Virus record (IMG/VR): IMGVR_UViG_3300020045_015293
Coordinates: 1 to 64,000 of that record
Length of the DNA stretch: 64,000 nt
DNA from: a virus
Lineage: Duplodnaviria; Caudoviricetes
Reading direction: 5' to 3' (one strand)
In this document: piece after piece, positions 44,429-52,441 of the stretch
How the letters are laid out: every line of letters begins with the position of its first letter
Position numbering within the stretch: the stretch's first letter is position 1
Made by a program: the position numbers and the translations under genes
The notes under the pieces: generated by a model
What the model was told of the DNA's origin: nothing
Seen by the model: only the letters and a program-made list of their open reading frames with translations
The model's database searches: none

Positions 44429-44501
44429 GGCCCTATAGCTCAGTTGAGAAGAGCTCTGGTTTTACATACCAGGTGCACCCGTTCGAATCGGGTTAGGGCT
44501 A
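44429..44501 (+). tRNA. tRNA-Val(TAC)
   Basis: Manual cloverleaf; loop TTTACAT. Confidence 0.88.
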
Positions 44502-44543
44502 CTTGAATTTTCGAAAAGATCTTTGAAATAAATAACGTTCTTA

Positions 44544-44681
44544 ATCAGGAATAGATTTTACAAAAAATGGGTGGGGTAATAAATTATCAAAAATAATAAA
44601 TAGATCTCCTGCTTGGACTTTAAAATGGGTGAAAAGTAATATTCCAGAAATTGAAAAAATTTGTTTTAAACATTCTTTTTA
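44544..44681 (+). pseudogene. Relic of a homing-endonuclease C-terminal repeat
   Basis: SGIDFTKNGWGNKLSKII..KWVKSNIPE resembles the C-terminal repeats of 43123-44037; no start codon. Confidence 0.6.
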
Positions 44682-44684
44682 AAA

Positions 44685-44758
44685 CGAGGTAACGCATAAA
44701 TGATGGTGCACCTGCCTTCCAAGTAGGAATAGAGCCGGTTTGATCCCGGTTACCTTGA
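44685..44758 (+). tRNA. tRNA-Gly(TCC)
   Basis: Manual cloverleaf; loop CTTCCAA. Confidence 0.8.
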
Positions 44759-44864
44759 CAACATACACATTCCCCTTCTCATAAGAACAGGGTGCTCAGA
44801 GTGTGTTTTTTATATGCCGAGTTGAAAGGGAATCCACAGTGGGGACACTGCCCCTCGGCTCCAT

Positions 44865-44937
44865 GCGAATATAGCACAATGGCTCAGTGTACCGGCTTGC
44901 CAAGTCGGTGATGACAGTTCGAATCTGTTTATTCGCT
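44865..44937 (+). tRNA. tRNA-Gly(GCC)
   Basis: Manual cloverleaf; loop TTGCCAA; U73. Confidence 0.9.
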
Positions 44938-45309
44938 CATAAATAAAAAATTATGATTATTCTTTCTGGTTGATGTCTTGACTCTGTAAAAAGAATCAAT
45001 GATGAATCAAAACAAACAAATTCGACTTTGGAGAGTCGAGTGGGTCCATAAAAATGGATACCGTGCCCCTCATTATTGGGTTGAGGCAAAAGTAGTAATA
45101 AGGAAAGGTAATGTGAATGAAAAGGAAACAAGAAAAAATGCAGTAAAAGCTGCAAAACAACACTCAAGATTAGGTGATTTTCCTAAAACTTGGTATTGTA
45201 AAATTACAGATGTTAGTGAATAACTAATATCTTAAAAATAGATTCCACGCTTCCCATCTCGAAGGATAATGAGAAGAATAATACGTCTTTCAAGAATCTA
45301 TTTTTATAT

Positions 45310-45381
45310 TGCCACTTGGTGTAATGCGTAGCACAAGAGTTTTTGGAGCTCTTTGTTTCAGTTCGAATCTGAAAGTGGTGA
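45310..45381 (+). tRNA. tRNA-Gln(TTG)
   Basis: Manual cloverleaf; loop TTTTGGA. Confidence 0.87.
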
Positions 45382-45389
45382 CTTAAAAT

Positions 45390-45473
45390 GGAGGATAGCA
45401 TGCAAGGTGCATAACTGGCTTTGAACCCCAGGCCAACGCTGATCGCGTTGAGGTTTCGATACTTTATCCTCCG
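45390..45473 (+). tRNA. tRNA-Ser(TGA)
   Basis: Long variable arm CAACGC/GCGTTG; loop TTTGAAC. Confidence 0.78.
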
Positions 45474-45476
45474 CAA

Positions 45477-45668
45477 AAATAAAAAATGAGCTATCGCTAT
45501 ATTAATATAGAGGAAACTCAGGACTCCGTTGTTTAATTTGGAAGACGAAAGTCGTTATACCAAAGAGGGAGAAACTTAAAACAGTCTATATGGATGAACA
45601 ACATGGACAAGGTAAAGGATTAGACAAATGATAGCATAAAACAGAAACCTGGTTACTATTTTTTATTT
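45477..45668 (+). ncRNA. rnpB: Minimal RNase P RNA (catalytic domain, S-domain reduced to one hairpin)
   Basis: GAGGAAACTCAGG and ACAGAAACCTGGTTAC form P4 with bulged U; P1, P2, P3, P5, P6, P7 and L15 GGU all identifiable. Confidence 0.85.
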
Positions 45669-45671
45669 TAT

Positions 45672-45742
45672 CCCGCTATGGTGAAATGATATCACTTCAG
45701 TTTGTGGATCTGAAATTATAAGTTTGAATCTTATTAGTGGGA
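45672..45742 (+). tRNA. tRNA-His(GTG), without G-1:C73
   Basis: Manual cloverleaf; loop TTGTGGA. Confidence 0.8.
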
Positions 45743-45751
45743 CATTAAAAA

Positions 45752-45842
45752 GGAAGTTAAACCCATGATGGCATTGGGGAATACCTGCTAAGTATTTTAT
45801 CGGCTATAAACCGATACGTGAATTCGAGTTTCACAACTTCCG
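45752..45842 (+). tRNA. tRNA-Ser(GCT)
   Basis: Class II cloverleaf; loop CTGCTAA. Confidence 0.9.
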
Positions 45843-45847
45843 CATAT

Positions 45848-45926
45848 TGGATAGTACCGAGCCATCCTGATAAGATGGATAATCGTAGCGGTGTTGTAAA
45901 CGTGGGTTCAAATCCCTCCTATCCAA
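45848..45926 (+). tRNA. Atypical tRNA-Ile(GAT)-like RNA with no D arm
   Basis: Acceptor TGGATAG/CTATCCA, arm CCATC-CTGATAA-GATGG, T arm present. Confidence 0.5.
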
Positions 45927-47384
45927 CTAAACTTCTGAGTCATAAACAAAAAAACCACTCGGGTTCAAGGGAACTATACACCATGCAGAGTAAGTATTTG
46001 CAAATGCTTGACTCATAAGAAAACCTTAAAGTATAGTAGTTGTGAGGGTGACACAAACTTAGAAGTTTAACTTATTTAATTTTTAGTTATGAAATATAAA
46101 AAACTTAAAGTTCCTGAAACATCATCTTGGGATAGAAAACCAACATTTTTTAGACGCTATTTCCCAATTTGGTTAAAAGAATTTGTTGAAGGAATAAAAA
46201 ATATTATTAGATGGATTCCAACTATATATAAAGATAAAGATTGGGATCAATATTTCATAATGAAATTACTTCAAAAGAAAATTGAACATCAAAGAGAATA
46301 TTTAATTTATCATAATCGTCACATAGGAATAGAACAAGATAATAGAAATATGACTTGGGTTCTAAATTTAATTGAGTACCAAATCAATGATTATTATGAA
46401 TTAGAAAAATATGATTATGTTGAATTTGGAAAAAAATTACTTGGACCTTATAAATCTGAGAAATTAGATAATTATTTAGTAAAATATCCAGGAACTATTC
46501 GAAGAGTAAAACAAAAATATCCTAATATAAACTTTGATAATAAAGATAGACTTTCATTGTATGTAGGTATATATAATCAACAAAAATGTAATCATTTAAT
46601 TTGGAAAATAATGGAAGAAAAAAGTGGGCAATGGTGGGATTAATACTTTTTTCCAAAGTTTTTTTCTTACCTTTATGCTAGTAAAAAGGTTATGAAATGA
46701 AAGTAATTCCTAAAATAGAACCTAAAAAAGTTTATACTTTACGAACTTTTTATGATGCAGGTATAATTCATATACATACTTTAGTTTATTTAAGATTTCA
46801 ACATATATTTAATTCTAATATATATTATATACCACATCGTACTAGTGAGTATTTAAAATCATTTAAATTTTTAAATTTAAATTCAGCAAAAAATGCACCA
46901 ATACCAAGTAACCCTGAAATTAAATCATTTGAAAAAGATATTGAAATTAAAATTTGTGGGGAAGTATTTGAAGCTGAAAGAATCGAAGCAGATACTAAAT
47001 TAATATCAGATATTATTGGGGAAAATGGTATTATTTTATTATAATTTTTTAAAATGAATGTAATTCCTGAAACATTTTTGAGAAAGTTAACTATTAGGAA
47101 CAATGCAATAGTTATCCCTAAGAAAATAGATGAATTAAAAGACAGATCTAATGAATATAAACAATTATTTGAAATGCGTTTACTTTCATTTGTTCATGAT
47201 GGAACAATAACAAGAGCGGTGTGTGAATTGTTAAATGATCTTCCTTATGATCATAATTTTAATATTGCACAAGAAAATAGAGAAAAAGGTAGTATTATTT
47301 CATTACCAATAAGTATTTTAAAGTTTGTTAAAGAACCTGAGGTTTCCTAAATTTCGATATATTTATATACAACAAAAAATTATT

Positions 47385-47474
47385 ATGTTTTTACAAAGTT
47401 TGATAAATACAAATATTCTTACGTTAGATTATATGGATAATCTAAATGAGGATAAATCTGTTACATCAGGCTAG
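47385..47474 (+). CDS. Leader peptide 2 MFLQSLINTNILTLDYMDNLNEDKSVTSG, amber stop
   Basis: Hand translation; follows ATATTTATA. Confidence 0.7.
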   Translation: MFLQSLINTNILTLDYMDNLNEDKSVTSG

Positions 47475-47498
47475 ACCAAATCAATATATACCATTCGT

Positions 47499-47533
47499 AA
47501 AAGCCTGATGCCCCCGAAGCGTTAGGCTTTTTT
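47499..47533 (+). terminator. Intrinsic terminator (attenuator) ahead of tRNA block 2
   Basis: AAAGCCTGATGC-CCCCGAA-GCGTTAGGCTTT plus T tract; competing 9-bp antiterminator 47464-72/47502-10. Confidence 0.85.
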
Positions 47534-48325
47534 AGTTCTTTGAAAATATTTTTTTACCCAAAATTTTTTACATAATTTTATATTATAAAATATAAGGTTA
47601 TGAGTCAAGTAATAAATAAAAAAATCAACCTAAATTTAGTAGGTTTAGATGGAAATGCATTTTCTATTATGGGAGCATTTCAAAAACAAGCCCGTAAAGA
47701 AGGATGGAGTAAAGAGGAAATTGATGCTGTGATAACAGAGATGCAATCTGGAGATTATAATCATTTGTTACAAACAGCAATGGCACATTGTGAAGATCCA
47801 GAAGATGAAGAAATGGATGAAAATTATGTAACTGATGAAGATGGAGATTTTAATTATTAAAATACAAATTTATGTATTTAAATACACATAAAGATCGTGG
47901 TGAATCAACTTACCAATTAGCCAATAATGTAGGCGATAGAGGAGGATGGGTTAAATTTGATTGGGATAAAGATGTTCAAGCTGTTAAACCACATTATGAA
48001 AATACAATTGTTGTATTAAAAAATGGTACACATTATTTGTTATTTGGAAGAGGATATGGTGTATAAAAATTAATTTTTATGGCTAAATTATATACAATAG
48101 AAGAAATTAAAACATATATAACATCACAAGATTCACTTGGTGATGCCTTATATAACTTGAATGAAGATAATGTTGATAAAGCAGTATGGGAAGATAAATT
48201 TCAAGCTATAAAAGAAGAAATAATGGATGATAGTTTTGATGGTAATGAAGATGAATTAATGAGAGAAACAGAAGAACTATTTAAGAAAAGATATAAATTT
48301 GATTATTACGATAAATATTAAAAAT

Positions 48326-48397
48326 GGACTGGTAACTTAAAGGCAAAGTAGCATCCTGTTAAGATGAAGAGTGTGGTATCGTGATCCACCCAGTCCG
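48326..48397 (+). tRNA. tRNA-Asn(GTT)
   Basis: Manual cloverleaf; loop CTGTTAA. Confidence 0.82.
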
Positions 48398-48480
48398 CAA
48401 AAAAATTAATAGTACTCATAGTTTAAAACTGTTATAAAGGAGTAGTTAAATTAGAATATGGAGACCATATTTAGCTATTA

Positions 48481-48491
48481 GTTCTTTAACA
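48481..48491 (+). promoter_or_regulatory. boxA-like antitermination element GTTCTTT(G/A)A; representative copy
   Basis: Also near 42820, 43066, 47535, 49457, 50954, 62741, with a variant at 62944; confined to the RNA island. Confidence 0.6.
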
Positions 48492-48509
48492 TTATAAATT
48501 TTAAAAAAA

Positions 48510-48580
48510 GGGATAACGTCCAGGGCAGATCACAACGACTGTAAATCGTAGGTGTTGAGTTTCGATTACTCATTATCCCA
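48510..48580 (+). tRNA. tRNA-Tyr(GTA), short variable loop
   Basis: Loop CTGTAAA; weak D arm. Confidence 0.7.
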
Positions 48581-48706
48581 CTTAAATAAAAAATTCTTTT
48601 TCCAAAATTATTTGTTTAATTTTATAAAAGTAGAAATTTTTCAAAAACCAAACTGTTATGTTGGGAAAAAATATCTAAACAATATTTTTGACTAAGTAAA
48701 CATAAC

Positions 48707-49042
48707 ATGAAAGTAATATCTCAATCCTATTTTAGAAATCAATATATTCGAGAAATAATTGATAACTTTAATTGGGAAAGAATTCATAAAGTGATGGTTT
48801 TTCTTCAATGGAAATATTTAAATGAAGAAATTCCTGAAATTGATGATTTAAAATTATTAAGTAAAAATTTACTTGACAATATTTGGTTATCAACAACTAA
48901 ACAACAGAATGAAACATGGAGCATAAAATCAGGTGGTTTTAAAGCAACAGCTTCATACAATTCAAATAAAAAAAGAATTGACTTTTTAAAATTGGAATTT
49001 ATACTTAGTGATTATTATAAAGAAGAAAATGATGAAGGATAA
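48707..49042 (+). CDS. Hypothetical protein, paralog of 3712-4077
   Basis: IIDNFNWERIHKVMVFLQW. Confidence 0.7.
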   Translation: MKVISQSYFRNQYIREIIDNFNWERIHKVMVFLQWKYLNEEIPEIDDLKLLSKNLLDNIWLSTTKQQNETWSIKSGGFKATASYNSNKKRIDFLKLEFILSDYYKEENDEG

Positions 49043-49902
49043 AGTAACTATAGTAACAGCTGATTGGAAAGATATTGATGGATTAGCTAATGCTTTTAAA
49101 AAAGCTATAAGAAAATTAGGAGCTCATATTTATAATCATCCTGATTTTGAAGGTAGCGATACTTATGGTTTTATTGTTAGTGATAAAAAATTGAGTAGAA
49201 AGAAAATTAAAGATAATTATTGTATTCCAAAAGAAGAAATAGATTATATTTATCCAATTGGAGCATAAAAAACATGAATAGGGAAGAAAGAGAAGAAAGA
49301 ATACAACGTGCCAAAGAAGAATTTGGTGAACAAGTTGTAGCAGAAGTTAGAGAAGTTGTATCAATGAGTGATCCTGATGGAGCTTGGAGTACATATAGAG
49401 ATTTTGAAAAGTATGATCATTGTGCATGTATTGAAATGATTTATTTTGAATAAAAAGTTCTTTGAAGACAAGAACCTGATAACTAACAGGCACTTTTAAA
49501 AGTTAGGAAACAGGGAATATGCGGTGCCAGCATGTGGATAGCTACTAAATAATATTAAAAGTAGTTCCGGTGAAAGGATGTTTCACAACCAATCACTGAA
49601 AAAATAAAAATGAATAATAGAACGTTTTGGACGTCTGAACGACAGCTCGAAAGAGTTATTACGGTTCCCTATTATTCATTAACTTGATTAAAATTATTAG
49701 GTGGTAATGAGTAGAGTTACATCGCGTGGAATGGTTCCACACCCAACTCAGGATTAGGCTCTGCCGTTCAATTCGGCCAGTTAATCTCTACCAAATTTTC
49801 CCCTAAAATAATTATAAATTATTGGATGGTTATAAATCAGTTTCATCGCTAATGGTCAATTTGCAAAAAATACTGATTTAAATTTTCCTCCAAAATTAAT
49901 TT

Positions 49903-49975
49903 GGCCCTGTCGAATAATGTGTTAGTTCGTTGCCCTTTCACGGCAAAAATTTCGGTTCAAATCCGTGCGGGGCTA
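49903..49975 (+). tRNA. tRNA-Glu(TTC)
   Basis: Manual cloverleaf; loop CTTTCAC. Confidence 0.87.
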
Positions 49976-49997
49976 CTAAAAGAAAAAGGTTGCGTAA

Positions 49998-50585
49998 ATG
50001 AATATATTAAAATTAGATGATTTACCTCTATATGACTTAGGTAATACAATTCAAATATCAGGAATGATATTACAAGGTAATGATAAAACTTACAATGTAT
50101 TTTTTCCAGATAAAAAAATTGAGAATCCTGAATTAGTAGAAGTAAATGAAGATGAATGGAAAAAATTGTTGCTACAATTAGATACTTTAGAAACAGTTTT
50201 ATTTCCAGGTAATCCAGGTGCTAAAATAGTTGTACGTAAATCTCAACGTATAATCGAATCAGCAATGATTTGGAAAGTTTTTAGGAGAGATAATTATACT
50301 TGTCAGTATTGTGGTGCAAGAGATAAACCATTGTCAGTTGATCATGTAGTTCTTTGGGAAGATATGGGTGGAACTGTTGAAGAAAATTTATTAACTGCAT
50401 GTTCTGCATGTAATATGAAAAGAGGTAATATGAGGTTTTTAGATTGGTTGGATAGCGATTATTATAATAAATGTTTGAAAAATTTTGGTAATGAAGATCA
50501 ACAATATAATCAAGATAAAAAATTGTTAGATTTTTGGATAATAGCAAGAGATTTACCATTACGTACAAATAAAAGAGGGAGGTAA
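49998..50585 (+). CDS. HNH endonuclease domain protein
   Basis: RRDNYTCQYCG..VDHV..NLLTACSACN. Confidence 0.88.
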   Translation: MNILKLDDLPLYDLGNTIQISGMILQGNDKTYNVFFPDKKIENPELVEVNEDEWKKLLLQLDTLETVLFPGNPGAKIVVRKSQRIIESAMIWKVFRRDNYTCQYCGARDKPLSVDHVVLWEDMGGTVEENLLTACSACNMKRGNMRFLDWLDSDYYNKCLKNFGNEDQQYNQDKKLLDFWIIARDLPLRTNKRGR

Positions 50586-50876
50586 TTATGAATACTATAT
50601 TAATAATACTTTGTAGTTGTTTATTTCTTATTCAGTTAGGATTAATATTAAGATATTTTAATATTGAAAAAAATAATGATTGGAATTTTTTAGGACAAGG
50701 AGGATTGGTAAATTTAATTGCATACCCTATAATGGTATGGATAATGTTTTTAATGTGGAAAGAAAGTGAGAATTATTATAAAAAAATAGTTGAAAAAAAT
50801 AAAATAGAACAAAAATATTCACCAACTTATACTTCAGAAAAGGGGGATACTTTGTTTACAAGAGTAAAATAAATAT

Positions 50877-50944
50877 GGAGGGGTAGCTCAGAGTAGAGCA
50901 CTGTCTAAACAACAGGGGTCGGTAATTCAGTTTGCCCCCTTCCG
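50877..50944 (+). pseudogene. Degenerate tRNA (4-bp anticodon stem, 6-nt T-loop)
   Basis: Acceptor and D arm intact; anticodon arm 15 nt. Confidence 0.5.
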
Positions 50945-51145
50945 CAATAATTAGTTCTTTAAAATATGGAGATGAATGTTTGTAATAGAACATTTTGGTT
51001 ATTCGGTTAATCCATCTCCACTACATGCCGGGAAAGCAAAAACATACTGTTTTAAACTTTCCCCGAAAGGTGGTAACTAAACAGTTACATCGCAATACAA
51101 TCAACATTTGTTAAGATTCCCGCAAGGGTCCCGGCACCATTTTGA

Positions 51146-51237
51146 AACATTCGCGCCTGATGGTTAATGATCATTAAGACTGTGAGGCTAGCAGTTGACC
51201 CCAACACTTAAGTCAGTGGGGTATGGCGACGAATGTT
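51146..51237 (+). ncRNA. Multi-branched RNA with a GNCGAANG helix (Y RNA candidate)
   Basis: Closing stem AACATTCG-CGCC/GGCG-A-CGAATGTT. Confidence 0.5.
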
Positions 51238-51241
51238 AAAC

Positions 51242-51316
51242 AGCCACGTAGTTTACTGTGTGTAATCGGGAAATTGTCGATTTCCGTCGGGGCGAGTTCG
51301 ATTCTCGTCGTGGCTG
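51242..51316 (+). tRNA. tRNA-Asp(GTC)
   Basis: Manual cloverleaf; loop TTGTCGA. Confidence 0.8.
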
Positions 51317-51484
51317 CATATATTTATACACCCACAGAATGAATCTAACTTAAGGGTACTAGTAAAAACTTAAGGTAATGCGTTTGAAATTTGGTTCAGG
51401 TTTCGCCTGTGTGGGTGTATAAAAATCTCAATGTGTAAATTAACTAGTGCATGACACCGTAGCGTAGAAAGTTGAGATGAATAT

Positions 51485-51558
51485 ACTGATATAGCTCAGA
51501 GGTTTAGAGCAGGATGCTTATACCATCAAGGTCGGGATTTCAAAATTCTCTATCAGTA
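51485..51558 (+). tRNA. tRNA-Ile(TAT)
   Basis: Manual cloverleaf; loop CTTATAC. Confidence 0.8.
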
Positions 51559-51575
51559 CAACAAAATTTTTATAT

Positions 51576-51655
51576 CGTGGGGGAGTGGAAAGGACACACA
51601 AACCATTCAAGCCTCATAAGCTTTGAGATAGCCAGTTCGATTCTGGTCCCCGCAA
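51576..51655 (+). tRNA. tRNA-Met(CAT), C1:A72, enlarged D arm
   Basis: Loop CTCATAA; canonical T arm. Confidence 0.65.
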
Positions 51656-51739
51656 CAAACTATTCTTATAATAGTATGAATTGGAAAATAAATTTCCAAT
51701 TAAAAAACTCCCGAATTCATTCTTGATATAGGGGAGTTA

Positions 51740-51811
51740 TGGCGCAGCCTCAGGTGAGGAATTTTGGCTCATATCCTAAATTAGACATGGTTCAATACCA
51801 GTATGCGCTAC
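51740..51811 (+). tRNA. Atypical CAT-anticodon tRNA-like RNA
   Basis: Acceptor TGGCGCA/TGCGCTA; loop CTCATAT; weak T stem. Confidence 0.45.
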
Positions 51812-51953
51812 ACCAGATGTAATAGTGTAAGCTAGAAGTACATCAGCAATTGGGATCTTACAATCCGTGAATTGTGGTTTAGGTTAACACGAAGGTAACG
51901 AAGTGCTTTAAGTCACCTAGCAGTTAGAATACCACTAGAAGTTCTAACAAAAT

Positions 51954-52028
51954 GCCTCTTTAGTAGTAATTGCAGCAGCTATCCGCACTTGTAATGCGGG
52001 GGTAACAGTTTGAATCTGTTAAGGGGCT
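51954..52028 (+). tRNA. tRNA-Thr(TGT)
   Basis: Manual cloverleaf; loop CTTGTAA. Confidence 0.82.
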
Positions 52029-52088
52029 CAAAGAAATTAATATAAGTTTTATGACCCCCCTGGTTACAAACAAAATATTAGTTTCTTT

Positions 52089-52440
52089 ACCGGTTACGGG
52101 TTTATTTTGTTGGTTTTTATCCCGTAAAAATTAAAAGAAAAACCAATAGAATTAAACCCGATGTTAAACGCTGTTATAAAATTTTAGCGATGAAAGTTAA
52201 ATATGTGAAATTACAAAGCGGAGAGGTAATAATGTTTCCTCCCGTTATTGAACACGATACATTCAAATACCTGAACCCAATAACGGCAGGATTTTGTTGC
52301 ATCGGAAATGATAAAGTAGAGTGCTTTGGAGAAAGTTACTCACTCAAATTGAAGGCAGACGAAAAGCAAGATACATTAGATGCAACAAAACATTATTTTG
52401 GAATAGAGGCGATGATAAAAATTTTATAATTGCGTTTAAC
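52089..52440 (+). mobile_element. attC-like hairpin plus GTT..AAC inverted-repeat-flanked gene cassette (ORF 52190-52429)
   Basis: Arms 52097-117/52139-160; 23-bp IR 52163-185/52418-440. Confidence 0.55.
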
Positions 52441-52441
52441 A

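Noticed and set aside
44762-44810. Hairpin containing CTCATAA (Met anticodon-like loop)
   Set aside because: No D or T arm and followed by a T tract; more simply a terminator-like hairpin
49490-49600. Cobalamin-riboswitch-like AGGGAA..GGTG segment
   Set aside because: B12 box and remaining conserved elements not found
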